A DNA stretch of 64,000 nucleotides from Octopus sinensis (GCF_006345805.1 NC_042999.1:34162001-34226000); one strand, 5' to 3'; shown: positions 12,200 through 26,392, counted from the stretch's first letter. A program made the numbers and translations. Notes: generated from the letters alone by a model not told the origin.

Positions 12200-13570
12200 A
12201 CATCTGTGCTTGTAGTGATGAAAAATTGAGAAGAGAAAACCTGATCTCCACACGACATACTTTCTTATCAAAGCGTTCTTCAAACAGGTTTTGCATAATA
12301 TAGTGACCCTTGAACGTAGGCTTCGCATTTGCCTTGAGAGCGAAAACAGTTTTGCATACTGGGGTTGGGTTGACATTGGAAAGCAAATTTTATTTAGATT
12401 TTAATTTTTCTACAATCCTAACGATTGCGACAGCCATTAATGGCAGATACAAGATCGAAATTTGTTGCTGAATCTCTAAAATCTGAAAGGCTATTGAAAG
12501 AGATTTCTCAATATCTATCAATCATGATAAGTAAGTACGACATTCTTACAAACGTCTTCCATGAAATGGAACAACAAACACGCATTTGTATAGACAAGAC
12601 TGATTCTCCGATTGTAGACAGCCAACAACACGAAAACCGAAACTTAATTTCCGAAATATTTATATCCAAACAAAATCTAGTATTAAAAGAATGGAATAAA
12701 CTCAACTTAGAAGGCATTCAAAAATATAAAAGAAACCAGATTAAAAACTCCCCGAACAAGAGATTAAGCAACGAAAGAAAGGAAGTATATTGGAATGCTT
12801 TGCTAACACGTACGAACAAAGGATGAGTAAGGACAAAGAAGGTTTCCCCGGAACATCTTGCGTTTACGATAAATTCAGTAGCAAACGAGGAAATAAAAAT
12901 ATTTATAAATTTAACACTCCAAAGATTTCAAGATAACATTACACTACTTCAGCTTAGAATATTCAATTTTCTGAAAAAAAAGTCCAAAACTGTGGCTCCT
13001 TCGTACGTGATGAAAACACCCAATGTAGCAGTGGTAATGTTAGCAAAAGGCTTTTTTTTATTTATTTGGGGCGCGGAAATTTGCTACCATGGGGAAAGTT
13101 ATAGCTACAAATATTTGGAAATCGAAAATGGTATGGCTACAACAATTTAAAACAACTATGGAAACTAACAAATAAATCTTGAACAACAAGCTTCTAAGAA
13201 AACTTCAGGAACTACAAGAAACATCACAGATGTAATAAGTAATTAAGGATTTTCATGCAACAAATTCGTTCAATTTACTAAAATACTCATAAACCTTTCA
13301 CGTTTCTATGGAGAGGATATGCATGTGAACCATAGTAGTGTCGTTGAGTGTAAGAACTATTTGTGGGAAATGTGTACAGAGAACATACTTCGTTGCGAAA
13401 TACAGATAGGTGCTACTGTATCGATTGTCAAAATAAACAAACGATATAAACTACATGTCAATACAAACGAGAAAGTGTGCAAACCAATCGTTAGGATTGC
13501 GGCTGTACCTATTGCCGAAGAGCCATGATGCAACCATGATATATTTGAGGAATCTACCATTGAGCCGATT
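12200..13570 (+). pseudogene. Decayed ORF remnant ending in a Cys-rich CXC-like motif, probably derived from a DNA transposon
   Basis: 133-aa ORF at 12425..12826, then broken frames. At about 13400-13435 it reads TDRCYCIDCQNK, a C-x-C-x2-C-x-N pattern like tesmin/TSO1-type CXC. Confidence 0.3.
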
Positions 13571-13585
13571 CCTCTATATATATAA

Positions 13586-13883
13586 CTAGCAGTATCGCCT
13601 AGCGTTGCTCGGGTTTGTAAGGGAAATAACTATATAAGCATTTTTAGAGAGTTACTTCCCTTATATAATAGCGAAAAAATGCGTTAAAAATGGGAAAAAT
13701 GATGGTAATATTTTTTTTAAATCGTAGACTCATCGTAGACCCGCGCTAATACCCAGAAGGGCTCGATATGAATCACAACTATAAGATACCCGGTTTTGGT
13801 TACACTGCACCGCAAAATGTGGGAGTAGTTAGGAATCTAAATCGTAGGAGACAGATACACAACTTCACTTTTATATATAAAGA
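13586..13883 (-). mobile_element. Non-autonomous Helitron (family H1)
   Basis: On the - strand: 5' TC start (TCTTTATATATAAAAG), 3' imperfect hairpin CCCGAGCAACGCTAGG, then CTAG. Inserted between A and T with no TSD. Homologous to 60899-61292. Confidence 0.85.
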
Positions 13884-14539
13884 TAACTATTGAAAAGATT
13901 ATTTCCATGGCCCAAAATTGCAAAGTCTAGAACGTTTGTCATAGGACGTTGAACCACAGTATAAAATTTGTCAATGTAGAAGACAGAACTTAAAATTTTT
14001 AAAAGTATATTGAATGCATTTGGAACTGAATATAAATGCCAAATAAACGGGTTCGTGGTACTATGATTGGCTCGTACATCGGAGAGTTTATGGTGAGGTA
14101 GACGAGAAACCTGTGCTCTGTTTGAGAAATGCTGCCGAGAACAGCGGAAGTTCAGTTTTCATTCACTTCCTTTCCTGATTCATTTTCATAAGTTGTAGGT
14201 CTACATCAAGTTCTTTCATTAATATTTTACATTTATCAAAACAAAATTGCGTACCACTTTTATGATTGATTTGTCACAAAATATGGCAATTTAAAAATAC
14301 AAAAAAACAAAATTACGCAAAACATTTGTCTCTCAGTAGAGGCACAAATGCAAAATGAATGTGACAAAACTAGCTGGCGGCATGTCGAGAATAGTAGCAT
14401 TTGATAAGGTAAAGTGTAACAAAAATATAATGTTTATTGTTGCAGTAGTACATTGCTTTTAATCTTTCCCTCAGATATATTTTAATTTTCATAATTAGCA
14501 TGAAATCTTCATCTCGGTAGAAATGGTTCATACAATATA

Positions 14540-14593
14540 TCTTATTATTATTATTGTTGTTGTTATCATTCTTCTTCTTCTTCTCTTCTTCTT

Positions 14594-14624
<31 letters not shown>

Positions 14625-14684
14625 TTATTATTATTATTATTATTATTATATTATTATTATTATATTATTATTATTATATTATTA

Positions 14685-14754
<70 letters not shown>

Positions 14755-14784
14755 TATATTATTATCGTTATTATTATTATTATA

Positions 14785-14816
<32 letters not shown>

Positions 14817-14886
14817 TATTATTATTATTATTATTATTATGATCATCATTATTATTATTATCGTTATTATTATTATTATTATTATC

Positions 14887-14939
<53 letters not shown>

Positions 14940-14970
14940 CATTATTATTATTATTATCATCATCATCATA
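14540..14970. repeat. Compound microsatellite (CTT)n/(TTA)n/(CAT)n
   Basis: Directly visible; explains ORFs in 14523-15039. Confidence 0.95.
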
Positions 14971-16212
14971 GGCTTAGAGCTGTTATCGCTAAGCATTTGG
15001 ATGCGTTCAGAGATGCAAGTTTTTGAATTCAAGTCTTGATCGACTGAAAAAATGGAACCACCTTTATATCTTCTTCAGAGTGTGTGTGTGTGTGTGTGTG
15101 TATGTGTGTGAGTGTGTGTGTGTGTGTGTGGGCGCATTCATATGTGTGTGTTTATCAAGTCGCCTTCCGTTCAACATATTTTATATGAACATTAACAAGC
15201 TAAATAGAAAGGCTTCAGTTTTCCTTTTTCTAATCAAACTTGAACCAGAGCCTTATGTTTCTGTGTATCGCGCTAATATTATTTGTGTACTGCATTAATC
15301 ATATATTAAACGCAAATATTACACAAGTTTTTGACGTTGGTAATAGACCTGAAATATCTTGTAGCAGACTTTATCAGGTTTCTGCGAATCTAACAGTGAA
15401 TATATACTCCTCACGTCAGTGTGGGCTGTTTAGCATCCATAGTAATGAAGATAAATTATTAACAATTAATTATAGTGATGCATGAGATTACTGCTATTAG
15501 ATAACACATAACCAAATAACTATGCAAGCAAGCCGATAGAGCAATAAATTGTTGCTACTCCCCTATCTAGACATAGCAGAAACGTTTCCCACACAACACT
15601 CTCTGTGATCTTGGAGCAAGAATTGGTTTTAATATTGTGGTTTTCTATATAGTGTATTTGAAAGAAATATATTTTCGTAACCACGATTAAATTCTGTAAT
15701 AGTGAAGTAAGGAATTACTACTGCATGCATAATGCACGAATAACTTTTCTCCATTTATACCATATTCGGTTTTATGTGCATTCTGTACTATACACGAAAA
15801 CTATGAGAAGTAGGGCAACAGAAGATGTGAATACGTGAACGATGTTACCTTATATTTTTCACTGAATAGTTTGCTAATATTTCCGGTGTAATTTCCTAAT
15901 GCTTTGAAAGAAACAATATCTGTTGTATGAATTAAAATAAAAGATAATCGCACAATTTTTTTCATGAATATTTACAATTTATAAAGCATTAACATGACAA
16001 ATGCCACATATTCCCGAACGGAAAGTATAGCTTTTAGAACGAATAGATTTAGATTTAAATGATGTACATATATAATTATAGGTTTTTGAGTCACAAAATG
16101 TCAATTTCTATTGTCACACTTATACTTGCTAGATATACTTCTCTGGTGTTGAATGTATATATTGTATAGAGCTGGAAAAAATTTAACAAAGATTCTGAGT
16201 TTAATGGAAATA

Positions 16213-17242
16213 TCTTTATATATATATAAAACTGAGAATGTGTGACTGTCTGTCTGTTTCCCTAAAACTTGAGAACTACACAACCAATTTCATTCAAATT
16301 TTACACATGCCTTACTTAGGGTCCGGGGAGTGTCATCGGCAAAAACATGTTCAACTTCTTGCCTAGAGCGAGCCCATAGCAATATCATATCTGCTCCACT
16401 ATTTCAGTATTACGTGTTAAAAGTCAAACAAAAACGTTTTCTATTTTATGTCAGATACTTTCACTTTAACAATAAAAATAATAATAACAATTGAATTATA
16501 TACAGTATGTACTAATTAAAATCAAACTAACGTATAATATAATCGTAACATAACAAAAGTAAAAATAGCAATTGGTATAAAATTGCATCAATGACTTGAA
16601 CTTGAATAAGTGGTTTCACATGAATGGGAATAAATTAAAAATAAAATTAGCGTGCAGAAATGGAATAGTCCAGATGGATAATAAAAAATTAAATTAAAGT
16701 AAAGACTAGTGTCTATAAAGTATACAGTATAGAGAAAAAAGAAGATTTGAACACATGGAGGAAAGCACCTTCGAAACGTGTCTTGGTGCGACTATGAAAG
16801 GTATCTAATCAGAGGCGCTAAATTCGCCACAATAGAAGCAAGGTTCGAATCAACGGAGCGTGCAAGGGAGTACTCGACTCGAACTTGCAAAGTGGAAATA
16901 TTTTATTTTCACCTTGATATCTGGGACGTAGGACGTCCCGGCAAAAATTTTAAATGCCTTCCGCCCCCCCCCCGAGTAGAGGTAGGCTGGATTGTAGCCA
17001 CACTTCTATACAAGAGGGTGGACAAGATACAATTGATCGAAATTACAAGAGACGGCCTAAAAATTCCAGTCTGTTATATATTTTGGGTATTGTTATCACT
17101 AGCGATATCAAGATATAACTTTGTATTTTGTATTTTATGTGTAGATGTATATATATAGAGGTACATGTAATATTTACACATATATACACATATATACATG
17201 CACTAGCACTATGACCCGGCAACGACGGGTCTTTAATGCTAG
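16213..17242 (+). mobile_element. Non-autonomous Helitron (family H2), about 1 kb
   Basis: 5' A|TCTTTATATATATATAAAA. 3' hairpin GACCCG-gcaacga-CGGGTC at 17213-17231, then CTAG|T at 17239-17242. Confidence 0.8.
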
Positions 17243-17344
17243 TATATATATAAGGCTAGCCAAAGCCTTGTGAATGGATATGTAGACGGAACTGAAAGTA
17301 GCCTGTCGTGTAGGTGTGGGTGTAAATATATATATATATAATAT

Positions 17345-17400
<56 letters not shown>

Positions 17401-17459
17401 TGTTTTTGTTTTTCCAGTTTCAGCTCTTGAGCTGTGGCCATGCTGGGGCACCGCCATTG

Positions 17460-17610
17460 TGGTGAAAGAGTACAGCAGGGATCACCACCCCTTGCCGGAG
17501 CCTCGTAGAGCTTTTAGGTGTTTTCGCTTAATAAACACACACAACGCCCGGTCTGAGAATCGAAACCGCGATCCTGCGACCGCGAGTCCGCTGCCCTAAC
17601 CACTAGGCCA
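17460..17610 (-). mobile_element. SINE family C, 5' fragment with tRNA-like head
   Basis: Reverse complement reads TGGCCTAGTGGTTAGGGCAGCGGACTCGCGGTC..GGTTTCGATTC and matches 55849-56232. Surrounded by family B fragments at about 17255-17455 and 17740-17915. Confidence 0.8.
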
Positions 17611-17672
17611 TATATATATATATATATATATAATAACTTTAATAATTTTGATAGATTTCGGCCAGTATACGC

Positions 17673-17722
<50 letters not shown>

Positions 17723-17934
17723 GTATGTATGTATGTATGCATGAGTCTGTGCTTTTGTATCTGTGTTTGTCTCCCGCCACCACTTAACAACCGCTGCTGA
17801 TGTGTTTACGTACCCGGAACTTAGTGGTTCTGAAAAGAGACAGATAGAATAAGTACCAGGCTTAAAATATATAGTAAGTACTGGAGAAGATTTATTCGAC
17901 TAATAATTCTCCAAGCCATATATACATATATATA

Positions 17935-19730
17935 ATTATATTGCATTTCCTTTCGAAAAATTATGGAACTACTTCGACGTGTTCAGTTTGAACCCTAGAC
18001 GCTAGTAAATGATATGATTTAAAGAAGAAAAAAAATTAAATAATTATGTTGTATTAGATAATTCTTTTATGATATACATTAATACCACAAATAAATTAAG
18101 GCACTCAGAACAAATGAAAAGTGTTATTTAAGAATATAATAGAAATGAGAAATATATGAAATAAGAATATACATGAAAATATAAGCGAAAATTCAATATA
18201 TGGAGTAATATATCGAATATAAGAAAGATTAACTGAAAATTAAAAATTTAGAATTAAGAGTTAAAAATTAAAAGTTAGAACTCTTAATGAGGAATTTAAT
18301 AGCCAGAGAAATACCTTTGTTTTAAGATTTCGAAAAATATAACGAATTATAATAGCAGGTTAGATGTATGACTATGGCGGTTTCAGGAGTCCATTTTCCT
18401 GGCAAGATTTTATTAATCACGTATAGAAAATGTCCCCTTCTTCAGAAAAAACAGAGAGCAGGCTTCGAAAGAAAATACAGAGTAAGGAAATTTCATTTAA
18501 GGTTACATTATAGTGGTAATAAGTTATGGGGTTAGATACTGACTATTTTTATAACAACTTGGTTAGGCATGATGGAAAAACAGAAACTTAATGAAATTAT
18601 GAATTATTCTAGATTATAATGAATGATAAATGATAAATTAGAATACAAATGTCGTTATTTATCATTTCGTGCTTTATGGAGCTTCATGAAAGCTGAATGA
18701 AATTTGTGAGTAAATGAACGAAGCGGATCGGAAAATTTATTTAATATACCTCAATCATACAATCTAAGAATTTATCCATAAAAGCGTTATGAGGGAGGAC
18801 ATTCGCTATTATAGACCACAGTATTTTAAAATTAATATTACTACCTTTTGGATTATATATATGGGTGGCAGGAGTTGTTGAATGTTTTATATTTAACACT
18901 AGTAAAAGAATTTAAATGGGTTCTCTATGTTTTTTTGAAGTCTATAGTACTACCTGTATAAGCTCTATCATGGTATTTATCTGATATAGGGATGACGCAC
19001 TCCTTGCTACTATCGGATTATCTAAACAGGGGATAGAGAGAATTAAGAAATCATTAAGAATATCCCTCTTATAATTCTTTAATCTTAATATAGTATATGA
19101 TAGGAATACTAAAGTCGTAAACTTCTTGGACGATACATTAAATCTTAATACAACACTTCATTACCCTACCGTAAGCACAATGAAATGATACAATATATTG
19201 ATATTTCCTCAAATCTTTCTAAATTTACCATTAACAGTTTAGTCACAGCTGTATTGATAAGGATTTCCAATCTTTCGTGTAGTAACGAAATATTCAATGA
19301 GCACGCACCTATCTATAATTAAGCCTTAAAATTAAGCGGCTTTAGCAAACAAGTTTCTTATATACCAGATCCTAAAATCAAAGCAAAATCATCTAACAAC
19401 TCTGATTCTAATTTCGAATCAACTAAAATGGTTGCCTAACTGGAAAATATAAGGAAAATTAAGCCTTTGGATAATCATATTAAACCTAATAAAATAGGAC
19501 TCAACAATAAATACAAATCCTTTACGCATGCACAACATAATACGTTTAAATAATCTAAATCTACCAAGTAATTAGGTTTGCTCCATCCTTCTATTTTGAT
19601 GTTAAAAACTTACCTAAGCTATTCATCAAAATCCTAAGATATACTTTTCGAAAAAAATGACAAATATTATACAATATGTAACAAATCGTCTCTAAAATTG
19701 TCGTACTGCACGCTAAATTATGGTGAAATC
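17935..19730 (+). mobile_element. Decayed Penelope-like element (PLE), RT and thumb region, Naiad-like
   Basis: YRDDAL at 18985, in-frame KVVNFLDDTLNLN at 19111, then YRK.NEMIQYIDISSN, RISNLSCSNEIFNEHAPIYN*ALKLSGF, I.FAPSF and ICNKSSLKLSYCT. This is the motif order of PLE RTs. Many stops; the 5' boundary is approximate and follows (TA)n. Confidence 0.75.
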
Positions 19731-20419
19731 TAAACTTTGATGAAACAATGATACAGATCATATACAATTTGCAAGAAAACTTGAATGAATTCGCTGTAAC
19801 TACATTGTCAATAGTTCTATGATCTTTTACAAAGATTATGAAAAGATGGCGTAATTGACCCCTAAACAGGCACTATACAAAGCTCAGTAGCTCAGTCTAT
19901 TAAAGGTTTTCTGTCCTTTTTACTTGTTTTGTATTGCATGCTTTACTTATCAGGTTCCACAAAAGGAAATCAACTTTTCATATAATTACTTGCTTTGTAT
20001 TATTTACAATAACAACAGGCAATTATCAAATAATTATTAATTAAATCAAGCATACATTTCTATCTACAACACAATGTAAACTCAAAAATACCACATGCAT
20101 GCAATTAATCCATTTCAATACATATTTAGAAATACAAATCTTTAATTGGGAGGCAATTGTTAAATCTACCTAAAAATTTTAATTAGCATGACAAATCCAA
20201 GAATATACATTATACATGCATATATATATATACACATATATACACACATATATATATACGCGTATGTCCATGCGTGTGTGTGAGTCTTTGTGTATGTGTG
20301 TGCGTAGGTGTGTGTATGTGCGCGTTTATGCATGTGTACATATATACATACATACATACACATCCATACAATCGACCTACGTATACATACAGATATATAT
20401 TCATGTATATATATATATG

Positions 20420-20480
<61 letters not shown>

Positions 20481-20509
20481 GCATATATACATGCATATAT
20501 ACATATATA

Positions 20510-21778
20510 CCATCGAATTTTAAGACAGAATTCAAAGACGGTATTGTATTTTGCTTTGAGGCGTAAATCTGTAATTTTTCGAAATACTGATTGGCTTAAA
20601 TGAAACAGACAGGCCACGTCATATGAATTAGGGGACGATGAATTAAATGCCTTATGAACTACACCTTCAAAATCTGCCATGAGATCAAACAGATATGAAT
20701 TAGTTTGCTTATTTTCCAATTGCTCGAAAAATAATTCCTATGTCTGCTTTGCTTTATTCACCAGCAATTCAAAGACCCATGGAAGACTGCTACGTTTAAC
20801 TTGAACACGAACAATAAACATTTGAAACCACTGTTCCGGCACAATTTTGAACGTTGCAACACATGCCTAATGTCAGTATGATGCTATATCCAAAAAAGCT
20901 CTTAATGATGCAAATACTAGTACGCGCTGTTGTTCTCGATACCCGATTCGTATCTCAGAATCTAATCACCATTATAAAGTTTACAATATTCTTCAGGTAT
21001 TTCAAAATCATTTCTAGACCCCGGATTGGCGAGAAATGTAGAAAAGTTTTGTCAGCACCTTTGAATAGTCCTTAAAAGTACAGAAAAACGAGAACATTGA
21101 GAGCAAGTATTTTCTGTTAGCTGCGTAAACTTAGCCGCTATTATACTACGCGAACTTGCTATATTTTCCACCACTTCATGCTTTATTTCTGAAACTGCCT
21201 TCCTTACACTTAACGAATGCACATCAGCTGGATGAAGGTGCTCACTATAAACATAAATAATTTTCGGCTCGCTGGTTTCTGTTACCATGTGATTCTCACA
21301 GCCTTTTTTCTCACATCTCCAGTATTCATTGCCTAGATTTGTATTGCACGAATGAAAATCGTAGATGTAATTACTCTCAACTACATTTCTTTTGATTTTG
21401 TCGATACTATGAACTTTGCCATTACGGGATGGGTATATCTAAAATGTGCCCACCAGATGTGCATCACTCTCTATACACAGCACCATACTTAAGATAGAGA
21501 AGGAAAAATATAAAGTAAAACTGTTAACAGAGAAGGAAAAAGAACGATAATAACAATCCTATAACGAGGCTCGTTATAACGAAGCTCGTTATAGTTCTGT
21601 AAATATATCGCGAGATATATTTGACCTTGTTTTCGAAAGAGTTTATTTAAGATTGGATAAAAAATCAATGGACAAAAAATCACGGGATAAAAATACGTCA
21701 GACCAAAAGACGTAGCCGAAAAGACGTAGCCGAAAAGACGTTTGATGAAGTGACGTCGGACGAAAAGAGAGAACACCC
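20510..21778 (-). mobile_element. Mutator/MULE DNA transposon relic (FLYWCH-like finger, DDE domain, one terminal repeat)
   Basis: ATG at 21422; YWRCEKKGC...HLHPAD; ATFKIVPEQWFQMF; MADFE...CLFHLSQSVFRKI. Subterminal short repeats such as AAAAGACGTAGCCG at about 21650-21775. Truncated at (TA)n. Confidence 0.8.
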
Positions 21779-21899
21779 TTCTTGACTAAAGCTGCCTCTA
21801 CTCTATTTCTTTCTACTGCTAGTCCTCTGCTAAAACTTATAGATTCTATTTTTATTATCTGCTTAACTAACTCACTTATTTGATCTCTGATACTTAGTC

Positions 21900-22561
21900 A
21901 AAGAGATGATTTGGCACAATAATAGAAGAGTTGAAACAGCGTATCATAGCAAGCTCTCGAGATATCAGAAAAAAGTAGATAAGTATAAAAAAAATAGATT
22001 ATTTCAGACAGACCAGAGGAGATTTTATAACCAAACAAATAGTGGAGAACTAAGTTCTGAAGATGAGAAACCTAATGCAGAGGAAGCTAGAAAGTTCTGG
22101 AGTAATATTTGGGATAAACTGGTCTGTCGTAATGGAGATGCAGCATGGTTAAATAAAGTGAGGAAAGAAGTAATGAATGAGGAGGAGCCAGATCTAAAAT
22201 TAACTAGTGCATTAATGAGTAAAGTGTTAGGGAAAATGTCGAATGGGAAGGGCCCATCACCAGATTTATTTCAAGGGCACTGGCTAAAAAATTCTGTAGT
22301 TTACATGGGAGGCGCAGGGAACACCTTCAGGATTGCCTTAATGGTGGCATATTATCAGATTGGATGACCAGAAGCAGGGCAATAATCATTATGAATGATA
22401 AGAACAAAGGTAATACCGCTAGAAACTATAGACCAATTCCTAGCTTGCCATTAGTGTAGGAGCTGTTAACAGGAATGCTTTCAGAAAGCATCTTGACAAC
22501 CAGAATTTGCTACCAGAAAAACAGAAAGGTTGCAGGAAGATGGGTAGATGAACGCATGGTC

Positions 22562-22604
<43 letters not shown>

Positions 22605-24384
22605 AAGCAGTTCCAAATGAAATAAAAGCTAGAAAGAAAAATTTAACGATAGAATGGATAGGTTATGGGAAAGTCTGTGACATGATCCTACACTCATGGA
22701 TAAGTGAATATCTATCTACGTATATTCAGTATAACATGCAACATAAGATAATAGAGTAGCTTTAGCATGAAGTAATGGGAAGTAGAACTCTAACCAGGTG
22801 TCACAATCTTACGAAAAGTTAATATCAAAGAGGAATTTTCCAGGGGAATGCGTTGCACCTTTCAATATTTGTCCTATGTTTCATCGCCCTCAGTTTAGTA
22901 TTAAGGCAAAGGCAGGGTATCAGTTCAGAAATATTGAGCGTAAATTTAACCATTTGCTATATATGGATGATATGTAGCTTTTTAGGAAGAGTGAAAAAGA
23001 GAGGTTCTTTGATACAGAGAGATTTCCCTGATACAGACTGTAAGACACTTAAACAAAGATATAGGCATAGGATTTGCCATAGATAAGTGTGCAATATTAG
23101 TCATGAGAAGAGGATAGGTAATCAACTGCAAATGCAACCAAGTACTAGATGGCCAGACATTAAAATCATTGAAAGAATAGTTTTAAGTGCCTAGGAGTAT
23201 TAGAAACTGACAGATTATTCCATACAGAAATGAAGGCGGAAATTGAGAATGAGTACATCAGAAGGGTAAGGAAGCTTATGAAGACAAAGCTTGATGGTTC
23301 GAATCTGGTGAGGATTGTAAATACGTGGGTACTATCATTACTTAGATACACAGAAGCTTTTGTAAATCGAACAAAACATGAACTAGCAAAGCTAAACAGA
23401 AAGAGTGGGTAGAAATTCTATATCAATGGACGATTCCATCCAAGGGCAGGTGTAGGAAAATTATGCCTACTTAGAAGTTAGTGTGTGGAGTTAGCTAGAG
23501 TAGATATAGCCTCATATGTAGGTAGGAGTGAAGAAAATTTATTATAAGCTGCTAGAGTCACAGGAAGATATGGGAAAACCAAAACACCAAACGAATTTAA
23601 AAACCAGAAAAAGAGCAAAAAATTATCTGACTGAGAGAAGGCATTGAATGTTAGATTCCTAAACATAGTTTCAGCAAATAATGGGGTGACATGGTTAGGG
23701 CTGGAGAAACGAAAGCTGAAGAGGGAGAGAGAAAGTCCTTTAGTAGCTGCACAAGATGAAACATTAAAGACTGATTGGATAAAGCCGAAGATAACCAAAA
23801 CTAAGTAGGTTCCCAATATAAATTATGCAAATCAAAAGTGGAAATGTAACTTATTTAGTAAGTGAATGTAACATGGTGGCAGAGAAAGAATACAAAAGAA
23901 AAATCTAGGGAGAGCAATGCGCTGGGCGCTCTGTAGAAAGCTAGGATTTGAACATACTGATAAATGGCATGAACACGAACCTAGTAAAGTACATTCAAAC
24001 TGAGGCCCAATTTGGTGGTAGTAGATAAAGAGAATAAAAAGTACCATAGAATTGACTTTGCCGTCCCAAATTATGAGAAAATTAATATGAAAATATAGCA
24101 AAGTTGCAGGAACTACCGATTGAATTGCAGAGACTATGGAAAGTGCGGGTAAAATGTATCCCAGTAGTTATAGAGGCTTTGGGAACTATCTCTGAATATC
24201 TGAACTGTTGAACAGGCATAAAACCCAGTTAATAGGGATAGCTAGGATACTTAGAAGGGTCCTTGAGATCTAAGGTTAATTGTTTGAACCCAATAGGAGG
24301 GTTCTTGGCATCTGAGGTTATTTGTTGTAGCCCGATTTTAAGATTTCCCTTTTCCAGCAGTCTAATCTGTTGAGTATATATGAA

Positions 24385-24385
<1 letters not shown>
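21900..24385 (+). mobile_element. Decayed R4/Dong-type non-LTR retrotransposon (RT and RLE) ending in (TAA)n
   Basis: NRLFQTDQRRFY, KFWSNIW, NYRPI, RGIFQG, HLLYMDD, FAIDKCAIL, VNTWVLSLLRY, AAQDETLKT, IPVVIEALGTI, ARILRRVLEI*. A (TA)n tract interrupts it at about 22565. Confidence 0.85.
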
Positions 24386-24455
<70 letters not shown>

Positions 24456-24478
24456 TAATAATAATAATATTGATGATA

Positions 24479-24515
<37 letters not shown>

Positions 24516-24524
24516 TAATAATAT

Positions 24525-24566
<42 letters not shown>

Positions 24567-24574
24567 AGATAATG

Positions 24575-24628
<54 letters not shown>

Positions 24629-24648
24629 TAATAATGATAATAATAATA

Positions 24649-24683
<35 letters not shown>

Positions 24684-24706
24684 TAATAATAATAATAATA
24701 ATAATG

Positions 24707-24771
<65 letters not shown>

Positions 24772-24884
24772 CATGGTGATGATGATGATGATGACGACGA
24801 CGACGACGACGATGATGATGATGATGATGATGCTATTGGTGGTGATGGTGGTGGTGGTTGTGTTTGTGGTGGTGGTGGTGCTGG

Positions 24885-24927
<43 letters not shown>

Positions 24928-24930
24928 AAA
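24386..24930. repeat. (TAA)n/(TGA)n/(GGT)n compound microsatellite
   Basis: Directly visible. Confidence 0.95.
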
Positions 24931-25320
24931 AGGTATTTGAGGAGAGATCAGGCTCTAAGAAGCTCAATAGCTGTACAAGAATTTGTACAGATAGAAGGAA
25001 AAATCCTAGTAGAATATTTACCGAACAGCAAAGAGAAACCCTATTAAAGACTGTGAATAAAAACGGTGAGTAATACGAGAAAAGGGCAAGAATGAAATAC
25101 AAAGAGAGCACGTAACTTCTGCATGGCCAAATTTGGTGTACCATTGAAGATGTATATGGAACAAAATCCTAAGCTTGGTTAAAAAACGCCAATTGAAAAA
25201 AAAAACAGATACTAACGGCAACAGTTCAAGATCAAATGATGAAACACAACTTGAGAAATCATATATATTGAGTGATATATGTAGTGAATGTGTCAGAAAA
25301 TGTATAGCTTATTGAGAAGT
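24930..25320 (+). mobile_element. Old R4/Dong-type fragment, post-RT region
   Basis: Weak motifs (EYLPNSKEKP, LHGQ, QDQ) in the same order as in ORF 49704-50618. Confidence 0.4.
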
Positions 25321-25334
25321 AAAATACAATAATA

Positions 25335-25752
25335 ATCCTTTTTACCAAAAGTATACGGCCTGAAATTTGTGGAGAGGAGACAAGTCGATTACATTGAACC
25401 CGGTGTTCCACTGGCATTTAATTTATCGACTCCGAAAAAATGAAAGACAGAGTCTACCTCTGTGGAATTTGAAATCAGACTTTAGCGACAGACGAAATAC
25501 TTCGAAGCATTTCGCCAGGCTTGCTAACGATTCAGTAAAATCGCCGCCTAAAAGATAATAATAATAATACTGGTTTGAAATTTTGCCACAAGGGCAAAAG
25601 TTTTGGCTGGGAGTATAAATCACTGGTACTTAATATATCGACCCCAAAAGGTCATCGACCCCGACGGAATTTGAACTCAGAATGTAGCTGCGAGCAAATA
25701 CCGCTAAACATTTCGTCCAACGTGCTAAGGATTCTGCAAATTCACCGCCTTC
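25335..25752 (-). mobile_element. Two tandem SINE family A copies separated by (TAA)n
   Basis: 25335-25550 and 25570-25752 match the reverse complement of 4440-4610 (GGAATTTGAA.TCAGA...AAGCATTTCG...CGCCGCCT). Confidence 0.8.
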
Positions 25753-25786
25753 TAATAATAATAGTAATAATAATAATAATAATAGA

Positions 25787-25917
<131 letters not shown>

Positions 25918-26017
25918 CATCATCATTATTATTATTATTATTATATTATTATTATTATTATTATTATTATTATCATCATCATCATCATCATTGTTATTAT
26001 TATTATCATAGTTGTAG

Positions 26018-26385
26018 TGAATAAAAAAAGAAAGAACTTGCGTGATAATCGATATAGCATGTCCCGTCGACGATAGAGTCAAAAATAAATAGGAAGAAAA
26101 CCTGGACATGTAGGACGATTTGAAGTGCGAAGGTTGTGGTCAATGAGGAGAGTAGACGTGATACCAATTATAATTGGTGCACTTGGGAGTATCAACACTC
26201 AACTACCAATATGGACCAAAAAGATTGGTACAAATGTAAAGATAGAACAACTACAAAAAACAGCATTCCTTAGAAGTACAAGAATTCTCCGCAGGGTCCT
26301 TGATACATGAACAGTAAATAAGTGTCACCTTAGTCTGTTGGCTGTGGACACTTTCCATCATACCCATCAAAATATGCTGACGGCC
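26018..26385 (+). mobile_element. R4/Dong-type RLE 3' fragment
   Basis: CVIIDIACPVDDRV...RLWSMRRVDVIPIIIGALG...LQKTAFLRSTRILRRVLDT*, followed by (TAA)3 and then (TAG)n. Confidence 0.8.
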
Positions 26386-26392
26386 ATAATAA

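Noticed and set aside
14523-15039. Long poly-Y/I/L/N ORFs here and at about 20.2, 24.2-25.0, 25.6, 49.5, 56.2 and 58.2 kb
   Set aside because: They are translations of microsatellites.
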